Virus record (IMG/VR): IMGVR_UViG_3300031951_000022
Coordinates: 32,001 to 96,000 of that record
DNA length: 64,000 bases
Direction: 5' to 3' (one strand)
Source of the DNA: a virus
Part shown: piece after piece, positions 31,562 to 41,231 of the stretch
Numbering within the stretch: the stretch's first letter is position 1
Layout: each line of letters opens with the position of its first letter
Notes under the pieces: generated by a model
Told to the model about the DNA's origin: nothing
The model's database searches: none
Seen by the model: the letters and a program-made list of their open reading frames with translations, nothing else
Program-made: the position numbers and the translations under genes

Positions 31562-32211
31562 GATACCACCATCCTATCCTCAAACTCTGTACCATCCTGC
31601 AAGTACCATTCATGCTTTTTCTGATAAACTTTAACAGAAGAATACTGATTAATACGCTTTTTAGTAGTAACAGTCCGCTGGCGGGACAGGTAGCAACATC
31701 CAGTGAGTGATAACTTGATCAGTTTTGCCCCATTTAGTATTTCCATTTTCTTTTCCTTTGTGATAGCTGTCGAGCATATTACTTCTCCACGTAATTGGTA
31801 AGTTCGTTCTGATTGAAGATACCATGCTGGCCGTTTTCGTCAACAACAAAAAACATAATCAAAGGCTGTCCGCTATGCGGAAGCATCCCTGTCTTTTGGA
31901 TAATCACATCAAAACTTTTAACGGTTACTTTTTTACCGCTGGGGGTGGTGGCGTGAATCGTAATATCAGTGGTCGAAGGATTCATTTTATCTCTTTCTAT
32001 TTATCGACATTCTACAGGATAAACTTTAGGCCGTCAACTCTGCAAAATCCACAATTCGAAGAATTTTTCCTTCCGAATCAACTTCGCAGACCGAGCAATC
32101 GTACTGGTACAGGAAACGGCTCTGAATATCACGCTTCCAAACCACAACAGCTTCCGCAAGAGTAGCATATCGGGCAGTCTGAACAAAACCATCATGAGCA
32201 ATTGCAAACAT
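31558..32211 (-). CDS. small hypothetical proteins (31558-~31777, 31779-31985, 32026-32211)
   Basis: ORF track with upstream promoter motifs. Confidence 0.5.
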
Positions 32212-32354
32212 CTTTCTTTCTCCTAACTCTTATATCGACATTCTAGCGTCTAGTCTTTAAATTGCAAGAGAAAAATCTGAAATTTTGTGTCAAGAGTTTT
32301 TGACAAAACTTTTCTGCCTTTTGCTAGATTTGGCATATGATTTGCTAGATCGGT

Positions 32355-32436
32355 CGTAAGTCGTTATGCCTCAAGTACTTACGTCAAATTCGGCCCGCCG
32401 CCCGCGTCGTAAGTCCTTACGCCACAAGGGTTTGCG
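32355..32436. repeat. double-palindrome element copy 9
   Basis: 32355-32383 + 24 bp + 32408-32436. Confidence 0.9.
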
Positions 32437-32464
32437 TCAAGTTTTTTTTGCTAGTGTACGGATG

Positions 32465-32982
32465 TCACCCCTCCGAAAAGGGGGAGACTTCCTCACCACA
32501 TGCCTGAATGGCTGTATACTGTTCGATAAGAGCCTGAACACGCTCACGCGAACCCGGCTTGCCAACCTTTACGATCATAAGATCTTCACCCCCCACAAAG
32601 CGGGGATCGTTATTTTCTTTCTTTTTCTTGCCAATGTTACGCAACGCGGTACGATTGAACTTCAAAATCTTTTCGCTCTTGATTGGCCCATACTCTCCGT
32701 TAGCTAGAGTCGGTTGGTGCGGAATGGCAATTCCCACAAAGCACATGCGAGCTTGACGCTTGGCGTTTTCGATAATTGCAAACTTGGTCATTTCTCTTTT
32801 CTCCTTAGTTGGATGAATTGTAGGGAATTGTTTTAGGGTTGTCAAGAGCATTTTGCCAAAAGATTCTGAACATATCGAAGTTTAGCGACATCATACCTAA
32901 TTTGCCCATTTTGCATACACAGCACAACCTTGCCATTCTCAACAAAAGCAATCGTGCTACCAGAAACTTTTACGGCTTTCAT
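32465..32982 (-). CDS. two hypothetical proteins (32465-~32791, 32842-~32982)
   Basis: RBS-bearing starts MTKFAII and MKAVKVS. Confidence 0.6.
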
Positions 32983-33346
32983 TTTCTTTCTCTCTTTCTC
33001 TTTCCAGTATTCTAGCAAGTATTTTTTGGGAGTCAATAGGTTTCCGAAAGCATAGCTTCCAGTTTCGCAATCTCTAGGCGAATCTTGCGAACCATAACCC
33101 AATCCCTATCATTCTTGTAGTTATCCAACTCATAACGAAGGCCAATGATTTCTTGCATAACTTGCATCTTAACGTTTTTCATTTTCATTCTCTCTTTCTT
33201 TCTCTCTTACTTCTTATATCGACATTATACCAGCTATTCTTTAGCTTGCAAGAGAAAAATCCACATTTTTATGTCAAGAGATTTTGACAAAACTTTTGCT
33301 TGTTTTGTGGATATGTGGCACGGGTTTTGTATTTGGTTGGATTAGC

Positions 33347-33427
33347 TGTAACTCCTTATGCCACAAGCACTTACGTCAAATCCGCCCGCCCGCCTTGTCG
33401 TAAACCCTTACGTACCAATCACTTACG
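33347..33427. repeat. double-palindrome element copy 10
   Basis: 33347-33375 + 23 bp + 33399-33427. Confidence 0.88.
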
Positions 33428-33477
33428 CTTAGCGTTAATCTCTTTAAGAATAGCCACGATCATAGGAATTCCGGTAT

Positions 33478-33741
33478 TCATTTGTTCACCTCATTCTGCA
33501 CAAACTTGGTTACCACCTTGCCTGTACTCTTGTCCAGCATCTTCACATTAAACTTTTGCCCACTACCATCCTCAAGCAGTACGCCGAGGATATGTCCCAT
33601 TGTAGCCGATCCGTCGTTAGCTACAAGTGTCACAAGAATTCTATCGGCCATCGTTATAGCGATACGCTTGGCGTTTGCATAGCGATAGCAGTTAAGAGGC
33701 TTCCCGTTTGAGTCGTGATAATGAATGGCATTCTTTTGCAT
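33478..33741 (-). CDS. hypothetical protein
   Basis: 87 aa ORF with EDGSG.KF motif. Confidence 0.6.
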   Translation of the reverse strand: MQKNAIHYHDSNGKPLNCYRYANAKRIAITMADRILVTLVANDGSATMGHILGVLLEDGSGQKFNVKMLDKSTGKVVTKFVQNEVNK

Positions 33742-34504
33742 GGCTAATTTCCTTAGAGAATCGTACCATCACCACGAATACGATACATGATACCGCCGAT
33801 ACTGTACAGGCTGATACCCTCGCCCATATGCTGCACAAACGTAGCCGAATATCCATGTCGAGCAACCAACCGGCGAACTGTATTTTGTACTTGAATGGTC
33901 ATTTCTTTTCTCCTCTGTATGATTCTATTCTAGCAAGATTTTTTAGATCGTCAATACTATACAGAAGATCAGCCGTCATCATATCCTTCTTCGAACTTCT
34001 CCAGCATCTTAGCCCTAAGATCGTCGTTCACGTTCATGTTTTCGCAATATGCTTCAAACTCGTTTGAGGAAGCCTGATCGTATCCCATGTTGTAAGCCGC
34101 AATCATCAGTTCGTCAATCTGGTTCATTTTCTTTTTCTCTTTCTTTCTTGTTGATGAATTCTATACAGTTCTTATCGGCTTGTCAAGTCTATTTCTTGAG
34201 ATTCTCAAAAAACTTTTTCACAGCCAAATCATTCTGAACCATATCCTTATTCACGATTGGCATGGCATATGCCTTAGCAACCATAACCTTTTGATTCATT
34301 CTCTTAACCGCATTTTGCATCGTCTTATTCATCATCTTCTTTCTCTCTTTCTTATGCCACAATTATACCTACATCATCGTCCAAAGTCAAGCCCCACCTT
34401 GAAAATATTTTTGGATTTTTCCTAAGTTATTATCCTACAAGCACTTAGATCAAAAAGATTTTTTATGATTGCTCAATGGACACGTTACACAATGAGAAAG
34501 TGTG

Positions 34505-34585
34505 CGTAAGTCTTTGTGTCGTAAGGGTTTACGTCAAATTTTGCTGCCCTGTTTGTCGTAAGTCTTTGTCCCACATATGGTTAGG
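34505..34585. repeat. double-palindrome element copy 11, plus a lone palindrome at 34421-34449
   Basis: 34505-34533 + 23 bp + 34557-34585. Confidence 0.85.
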
Positions 34586-34689
34586 GGGTTTTTTTGTTTC
34601 TGATTGGTACTGGAAGATTTCTCCGAAAAAGCCCCGGTGGTCCAAAAACAATAAGCCACCCCATATATAATTGGCCAGTTTATTAGCCC

Positions 34690-35922
34690 TTATCGTCTAA
34701 TATAACCAGAATAGGCAATAGCTTCTTTTTGATTCACGGCGTCCAGAATCTTCACCACTACCAGATTCCATTTTTTACTAAAATATTTTTTAGATAGATT
34801 CAAGGTAAACTGTGATCCGTTGCCACTATTTGCTACTACCACATATCTTGTAGTGTTGTTGATACTAACCTGTACTTTAAGCTTGTTACTCATATTCGAT
34901 GAATCATAAGCCCACCCACTAATAATACTTTTAGATACTTTATACAGCCCATAAACGATCTTAGGCTGTACTACAATTTGCACCGGAGGTTGATAACTTT
35001 CTCCCAATGGAACCATGTTTTTTAATAAAGTAATTGCCCCACCCACATTCAAAAAACCATAACCCACCTTATCTGCTAAATTTTCCACATATGATGCTGC
35101 TGATAATATTGCGCTTTTAATCTGAGAGGCCACATAATTAATATTAATACTTTTCAACAAAGCTACCGCCCCACTAACAAAAGGAGCCGCCATGCTAGTG
35201 CCACTAACATATCCATAACTATTATTTGGTAATGTAGAATAGATACCCGTTCCTGGAGCAGCAATATCTACACTATTTTTTCCATAGTTAGAATAATTAG
35301 CCAAAGTTAAATCCCTATTAGTAGCGGCCACACTAATAGTATTAGATAATTTATAAGAGCTAGGATATCTTGGAACCAAATCATTATTTGAAGAGTTATT
35401 ACCAGCAGCGGTCACAACCACTATACCCAGATCATTAGCTCTTTTTATAGCACTTTCTAAAATTAAAGAAGATGATGTTCCTCCACCCCAGCTTAAATTA
35501 ATAGAAGCTATATTAATGCCTTTTAATTTCATATTAGTAGCATAATTAATAGCAGAAGCGGCAGCGCCCGTATATCCTAGTCCGCTACTATTTTGAAACT
35601 TTAGAGGCATAATACTAATATCATTAGATACGCCGGTTACTATACCAGCCACATGAGTACCATGATAAAAATCATCTTGAGGAATATTATTATTGCTTAC
35701 AAAATTCCACCCACTAATATCATCAATATAGCCATTGTTATCATTGTCTATATTATCCCCCGCTATTTCTTTAGTATTAATAAAAATATTGTCTTTAAGA
35801 TCAATATGATAAAGATCAATACCAGAATCAACAATGGCCACTATGGGCTGAGAAGACGAGGTCGAACTTAATACTTTTTTATTTTCTAGTTGTTCTATGC
35901 CCAGAGCGCAGTCCTTGCTCAT
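34690..35922 (-). CDS. S8 subtilisin-like serine protease with planctomycete-type N-terminal motif
   Basis: Catalytic AIVDSG, HGTHVAG, AAGN, GTSMAAP; N-terminal LGIEQLENKKVLS. Confidence 0.92.
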   Translation of the reverse strand: MSKDCALGIEQLENKKVLSSTSSSQPIVAIVDSGIDLYHIDLKDNIFINTKEIAGDNIDNDNNGYIDDISGWNFVSNNNIPQDDFYHGTHVAGIVTGVSNDISIMPLKFQNSSGLGYTGAAASAINYATNMKLKGINIASINLSWGGGTSSSLILESAIKRANDLGIVVVTAAGNNSSNNDLVPRYPSSYKLSNTISVAATNRDLTLANYSNYGKNSVDIAAPGTGIYSTLPNNSYGYVSGTSMAAPFVSGAVALLKSININYVASQIKSAILSAASYVENLADKVGYGFLNVGGAITLLKNMVPLGESYQPPVQIVVQPKIVYGLYKVSKSIISGWAYDSSNMSNKLKVQVSINNTTRYVVVANSGNGSQFTLNLSKKYFSKKWNLVVVKILDAVNQKEAIAYSGYIRR

Positions 35923-36028
35923 TTCATAATCCTCCTTGAAAGATATGAGGATTCTAACCCAGAAAAAGCAATAGTCAAGAAAAAAAATGAGGGATCCCGA
36001 TTTGGCCGAGATCCCCCATTAATTTCAT

Positions 36029-36242
36029 TCAAACTACAGTATTTTCACCAGCACTTTTCTTTCTACGACCCCTGGGCTTGCTAACTCCCAGCTTTCGTCT
36101 TTGACGTCTAATCATACCATAAGTTACAGTTTCCCCAGTCATTTCACTCAGCTTCTTAGCTAGCTCATCATCACTAAAACCATTAAGATTGTCCTTAATA
36201 TACTGCAATTCAACATCTGTCCATCTTTTATATGTAGCCATA
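36029..36242 (-). CDS. small HTH/Myb-like DNA-binding protein
   Basis: RWTDVELQYIKDN....SD.ELA..L......I..QRRKLG. Confidence 0.65.
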
Positions 36243-36441
36243 AAATGTTTCCTTTTTGACAAAAAGTGTACAAAACATATTATATAGTACACTTTGGTCA
36301 CTTTAATGCAAGAGGTAAAAATGAATATTGACCCCATTATCCCCTCTATTCTCCACATAACTGCTAAAGAAAATGTGGATATAAATGCTGATTTAACAGC
36401 AGAACAGATCAAATCCATAGGCCAACTACTAGAAGAAGCTC

Positions 36442-37062
36442 ATGAAGAAGAAAAAGATTCACAAAGTTAACGAAGACGAATTTCTTAAGATAATTGATAT
36501 TATCGCCAAAAAATTAGCCTATAAATTCAAGTTTGGATATCATGATTTTGATGATATGAAGCAACAGATAAGCATCTTTGCGCTAGAAGGTCTTAAAAAT
36601 TATGATCATAAAAGACCACTAGAAAACTTCCTTTGGACCCACGTAAGAAATCGCCTCTTCAACTATAAAAGAGATAATTACCAAAGGCCCGACAAACCAT
36701 GTTTAAGCTGCCCCCTTTACGACCCTCACTGTAAAAATAGTAGTAGTGGATGTGTTGAATATAATAATAAAAATGACTGTAGTTTGTATTCATCGTGGTT
36801 ATCAAGAAATAGTACCAAAAAGAACCTTATGCACCTTACAACAATAGACGAAGTTAAAAACTACGGGAATGCTTTTAGTAGTGATGATAATTTATTGTTT
36901 GATAATATTTCAAATAACGAAATTTTATCCTTAGTAGAACAACATCTTATGGGCGAAGAAAGATCCACTTATATTAAGGTAAAGGGTGGCGCCAAGGTTA
37001 GTAAGGCAGACATGGACAAGCTAGTTGAAACCATAAGGGAGATAATAAGACTTCATGGCTAA
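36442..37062 (+). CDS. phage sigma70-family-like factor (candidate late sigma)
   Basis: Region-2-like DDMKQQISIFALEGLKNYD...LENFLWTHVRNRL; Cys-rich insertion. Confidence 0.7.
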   Translation: MKKKKIHKVNEDEFLKIIDIIAKKLAYKFKFGYHDFDDMKQQISIFALEGLKNYDHKRPLENFLWTHVRNRLFNYKRDNYQRPDKPCLSCPLYDPHCKNSSSGCVEYNNKNDCSLYSSWLSRNSTKKNLMHLTTIDEVKNYGNAFSSDDNLLFDNISNNEILSLVEQHLMGEERSTYIKVKGGAKVSKADMDKLVETIREIIRLHG

Positions 37063-37876
37063 AAAACGTGGACAACTTAGTTTAGACGAAGAAAAATTTA
37101 TCAGAGAAAATATAGAAAGTTTAAGCGTAGAAGAAATTGCTGATGCTCTTAATCGTAATGTTGATCCAGTTAATAGATACATTGATGAAAATCAATTATA
37201 TGATATTAATGACAAGAGCGAGAACGAGATTCTCAGGCGCAAGCTACGCAGCAAAACCTTTTGGAATGAGATACTACGTCAGTTTGACGAAAATACTGGC
37301 GAATTACAATACTTTGAAGATACGTGGATTGGCCTAATTAAACAGTTCAGAGAGGACGTTTTACCCGCCGAAGAACTTCAAATCAAACAGTTTATCACCA
37401 TAGATATTCTTATTAACAGAAGCATGAAAGAACGTAAGCGTCACATTTCCGAGACAGAAAAATTACAAAAATTAGTTGATAAAGAATACGAAAAACTTGA
37501 AGACCAAAGAGACATTCCCAAACTAGCTAATTTAGAAGCTCAATTAAGTTTCGCCCGCAACAGTATAGCAAGTTATACAAATGAATATACTAAGCTTTTA
37601 AACGAGCAACAAAAAATTAGCAAAGATCTTAAGGCTACTCGTGAACAGCGTATTAAAAGAATTGAAGATGGTAAAAGTTCTTGGGTTGGATTGATAAGAA
37701 TGTTGGAGGATGAAGCTATTAGAGAAAAAGAAGGACGAGAAATGGAAATTTTGGCTATGGCTACACAAAAGGCTAAAAATGAACTATATGACTATCACGA
37801 ATATGCAGATCGTAGAGTTGATTCACCAATTTTAAGTCCAGACTCTATAGGTTATAATAATGAGAAACTATCGTGA
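37055..37876 (+). CDS. HTH/coiled-coil protein, possible terminase small subunit
   Basis: N-terminal HTH (SVEEIADALNR); upstream of TerL. Confidence 0.45.
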   Translation: MAKKRGQLSLDEEKFIRENIESLSVEEIADALNRNVDPVNRYIDENQLYDINDKSENEILRRKLRSKTFWNEILRQFDENTGELQYFEDTWIGLIKQFREDVLPAEELQIKQFITIDILINRSMKERKRHISETEKLQKLVDKEYEKLEDQRDIPKLANLEAQLSFARNSIASYTNEYTKLLNEQQKISKDLKATREQRIKRIEDGKSSWVGLIRMLEDEAIREKEGREMEILAMATQKAKNELYDYHEYADRRVDSPILSPDSIGYNNEKLS

Positions 37877-38126
37877 TCCTCAATATATTCAGTGGAGAAA
37901 AGATGTTAGAAAAAGAGACCACAATTGTTGTCAATGGCCCGGTTGTAATAAAAAAACCAAGCTACAGGCTCATCATATTCAAAAGTGGTCAGATTTTCCA
38001 GGACTAAGATATCATATAGATAATGGCATTACACTATGTAAAGATCATCACAACATGATAAAGGATAACGAAGAAAACTATAGCGGATTCTTTTTTAAAT
38101 TAATTCTAAATAAAAGAGGAAAATAA
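37860..38126 (+). CDS. small HNH endonuclease (packaging-associated type)
   Basis: WRKDVRKRD..CCQ..C....LQAHHI...NGITLCKDHH. Confidence 0.85.
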   Translation: MRNYRDPQYIQWRKDVRKRDHNCCQWPGCNKKTKLQAHHIQKWSDFPGLRYHIDNGITLCKDHHNMIKDNEENYSGFFFKLILNKRGK

Positions 38127-38127
38127 A

Positions 38128-38712
38128 ATGCAACTAGATAAACCAGTAACAATTATCCCACCATCATATATTTTAAACAATCAAGTAATACATCCTAATC
38201 CTTTTGTTTTAAAAGAACTAGATATCACTTATACAGACAATCCTAAAGACAAAAGAATCTATCTCACCATCAAGCCATTTCCTATTGGTGTACAACTATG
38301 GGGTCCAGAATCTTACGACGCAGTTGGAGACTGGACTCAAAAGCAAGCAGAAGACAGATTAAAAGCTTTAATTAATAATGAGATACATAAGTTTTTAGGA
38401 TTATTGTTTAAGCAAACCGGAGATACTGACCCCGATGGTCCAGGCAGCATTTTAGCAGGAATGTTTAGTGGACTAGGAATCAAAACGTCTCCAACTTGCT
38501 CTTGTAAAAAACACATGAGAGAAATGAACCTTAGAGGTAATGATTGGTGTGAAAATAATATGGATACTATTATGAGTTGGCTTAGAGCAGAGTCTGAAAA
38601 GCGTAAATTGCCATTTGTAGAAATTGTAGCAAAAACTATTGTGCGTAGTTCTATTAAAAAATCCCGTAGACTTTTAGAAAAAAGAATACTAGCTAATGCC
38701 CAAACAAGATAA
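38128..38712 (+). CDS. hypothetical protein
   Basis: 194 aa ORF; GPG...CSC...MN..G..WC motif. Confidence 0.7.
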   Translation: MQLDKPVTIIPPSYILNNQVIHPNPFVLKELDITYTDNPKDKRIYLTIKPFPIGVQLWGPESYDAVGDWTQKQAEDRLKALINNEIHKFLGLLFKQTGDTDPDGPGSILAGMFSGLGIKTSPTCSCKKHMREMNLRGNDWCENNMDTIMSWLRAESEKRKLPFVEIVAKTIVRSSIKKSRRLLEKRILANAQTR

Positions 38713-39184
38713 CTTCACAATCATAGTTGACACAAGAGAACAACTTCCTTGGGAATTTGGTTTTCATGTAACCAGCAAAAAGAAGCTGGATACTGGAGAT
38801 TATAGTATGGAAGGATTCGAAAGTCTTTTTACAATAGAGCGTAAGCGCAGCGTTAGTGAGATAGCAAATAATATTACAGAAAGTCGATTCAAAGATGTTC
38901 TGGATCGTATGAGCAAAATCCCTCACAGTTTTATGTTGATGGAATTTGGTATAGATGAAATTTATAATTTCCCGGTCGGCAGCGACATCCCCAAGAAAAT
39001 GTGGGATAAGCTAAGAATTAGTGGTAATTATATTATGAAATATTTAGTAGAGGCCCAACTTAATCATAATATTCACATACTTTTTTGCGGAGATGCAGAA
39101 ACAGCAGAGCGTACAGCAGTAGGTATTATGAAAAGAATTTACGAGAAATATGGAAAACAAACAGAAAACAATAACAACGTTTGA
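38696..39184 (+). CDS. ERCC4/XPF-family nuclease
   Basis: IIVDTREQ, GDY, IERK motifs. Confidence 0.85.
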   Translation: MPKQDNFTIIVDTREQLPWEFGFHVTSKKKLDTGDYSMEGFESLFTIERKRSVSEIANNITESRFKDVLDRMSKIPHSFMLMEFGIDEIYNFPVGSDIPKKMWDKLRISGNYIMKYLVEAQLNHNIHILFCGDAETAERTAVGIMKRIYEKYGKQTENNNNV

Positions 39185-41183
39185 TGATGCTTGGCTAGGT
39201 CTAGGTGATCTTAGTCAAATAGTTATCGACCACAACCCTATGATTGGTCGAAACAAGGAAGATATAGAAAATCCAGACCTACATCTATTGAGACTGTTGA
39301 GAGATCCCAAATACTTCGGATCTACTGCTAAACTATTATTCAATATAGAACTTCACCCTATACAGATAGCTATCTTGCAAGAATTTTGGCTAAGACCATT
39401 TCCTATGTTCATTGCATCTCGTGGTTTTGGTAAGTCGTTCTTAATGGCTATGTATTGTACATTAAAATGTATTTTGGTACCCGGAACAAAGATTGTTGTA
39501 GTAGGTGCTGCTTTTAGACAGAGCAAAATTATTTTCGAATATATGGAAACGCTATGGAGAAATAGCCCTATCCTAAGAAGTGTTTTTAATGGTAATGATG
39601 ATGGTCCACGACGTGACGTAGATAGATGTACTATGAGGCTTGGCGAAAGTTGGACAATCGCTGTTCCTATGGGCGATGGTAGTAAAATTAGAGGCTTAAG
39701 AGCGCATATTATTATTGCTGACGAATTTGCCTCTATTTCTCCTGATATTTATGAGACGGTAGTTTCAGGTTTCGCTGCCGTATCTGCTAGTCCAATACAA
39801 AATGTTAAAGAAGAAGCTAAAAAGAAAGCGATGACAGCAGTAGGATTATGGAATGATGAATTAGAAGCAGTGCAAATTAAAAAGGGTAACCAAGCTATCA
39901 TAGCCGGTACTGCTGACTATAGTTTTAAGCATTTTGCTACTTATTGGAAAAGATATCAAGCTATCATTAATAGTCAAGGAGATAAGCAAAAGCTGGAAGA
40001 AATTTTTAAGGGAGAAGTACCAGATAGTTTTAACTGGAAAGACTATAGTATAGTACGCATACCATATGAAATTATTCCTAAAGGCTTCATGGATGACAAA
40101 CAAGTTAGTCGTGCCAAAGCTACTATTCATACCGGCATATATAATATGGAATATGCGGCGTGTTTTACAGAAGACAGTGACGGTTTTTTCCGTCGATCAC
40201 TAATAGAAAGTTGTGTGGTACATGAAAGCAAACCAATTGTGGTTAATGGTACTCCTGTTTTGTTTGATGTTAGTACCAAAGGAAACCCAGACCTTCAATA
40301 CATTTATGGCATTGACCCAGCTTCTGAAAAGGACAATTTTAGTATCGTAATATTAGAGGTTCATAAAGATCATAGTCGGCTAGTATATTGTTGGACCACT
40401 AATCGTAATAATTTTAAAGATCGTCAAAAAACTGGATTAATTAACGAATATGATTTTTACGGTTTCTGCGCTCGTAAGATACGCAACCTAATGAAAGTAT
40501 TCCCTTGTGCTCGTATTGGATTAGATGCTCAGGGTGGTGGTGTGGCAATTGAAGAAGCATTACACGATCCAGGCAAACTAGAAGATGGTGAATCCTTAAT
40601 ATGGCCGGTTATAGACATTAATAAACCCAAAGAAACCGATGATCAGCAAGGATTACATATATTGGAATTAGTACAGTTTGCAAGGGCTGATTGGACGGCA
40701 CAAGCTAATCACGGATTAAGAAAAGACCTAGAAGATAAAGTATTACTTTTTCCAAGATTTGATCAAGTCAGTTTGGCTCTTGCTTTAGACAAAGAAGGTA
40801 AAGATATTATGTCTGCGGATCTTATGAATCTTTACGACAGTGAAAGCGAATGTATTTTAGAGATTGAAGAGCTAAAGAATGAATTGACCACTATTGTTAT
40901 GACACAAACTAGTACTGGACCTAACGCTAGAGATAGGTGGGATACCCCAGAAGTTAAGCTGCCTAATGGAAAAAAGGGAAAACTAAGAAAAGATAGATAT
41001 AGCGCATTAATAATCGCTAATATGTTAGCTAGACAATTAAGTAGAACTTTAGAGCCAACTACTTTTGAGGTTATTGGTAATAATCTAGATATAGTAGAAA
41101 AGAAAGAAGGCCAAATGTATAAGGGGCCAAACTGGTTTATTGATGGAGCAAATGCTAACATATATGGTGGAATTTATAGATAA
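39150..41183 (+). CDS. terL: terminase large subunit
   Basis: Walker A ASRGFGKS, Walker B IIADE, RNase H-like YGIDPA, KDRYSA. Confidence 0.92.
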   Translation: MENKQKTITTFDDAWLGLGDLSQIVIDHNPMIGRNKEDIENPDLHLLRLLRDPKYFGSTAKLLFNIELHPIQIAILQEFWLRPFPMFIASRGFGKSFLMAMYCTLKCILVPGTKIVVVGAAFRQSKIIFEYMETLWRNSPILRSVFNGNDDGPRRDVDRCTMRLGESWTIAVPMGDGSKIRGLRAHIIIADEFASISPDIYETVVSGFAAVSASPIQNVKEEAKKKAMTAVGLWNDELEAVQIKKGNQAIIAGTADYSFKHFATYWKRYQAIINSQGDKQKLEEIFKGEVPDSFNWKDYSIVRIPYEIIPKGFMDDKQVSRAKATIHTGIYNMEYAACFTEDSDGFFRRSLIESCVVHESKPIVVNGTPVLFDVSTKGNPDLQYIYGIDPASEKDNFSIVILEVHKDHSRLVYCWTTNRNNFKDRQKTGLINEYDFYGFCARKIRNLMKVFPCARIGLDAQGGGVAIEEALHDPGKLEDGESLIWPVIDINKPKETDDQQGLHILELVQFARADWTAQANHGLRKDLEDKVLLFPRFDQVSLALALDKEGKDIMSADLMNLYDSESECILEIEELKNELTTIVMTQTSTGPNARDRWDTPEVKLPNGKKGKLRKDRYSALIIANMLARQLSRTLEPTTFEVIGNNLDIVEKKEGQMYKGPNWFIDGANANIYGGIYR

Positions 41184-41231
41184 TTAGTGTAATATATAAT
41201 ACCTATTACAATACCCATTATAATACCTATT

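Noticed and set aside
19422-34585. Palindrome repeats as a CRISPR array or integron attC sites
   Set aside because: Copies are kilobases apart and degenerate, the inner spacer is conserved rather than unique, there are no RYYYAAC/GTTRRRY boxes, and no cas or integrase gene is in the window.
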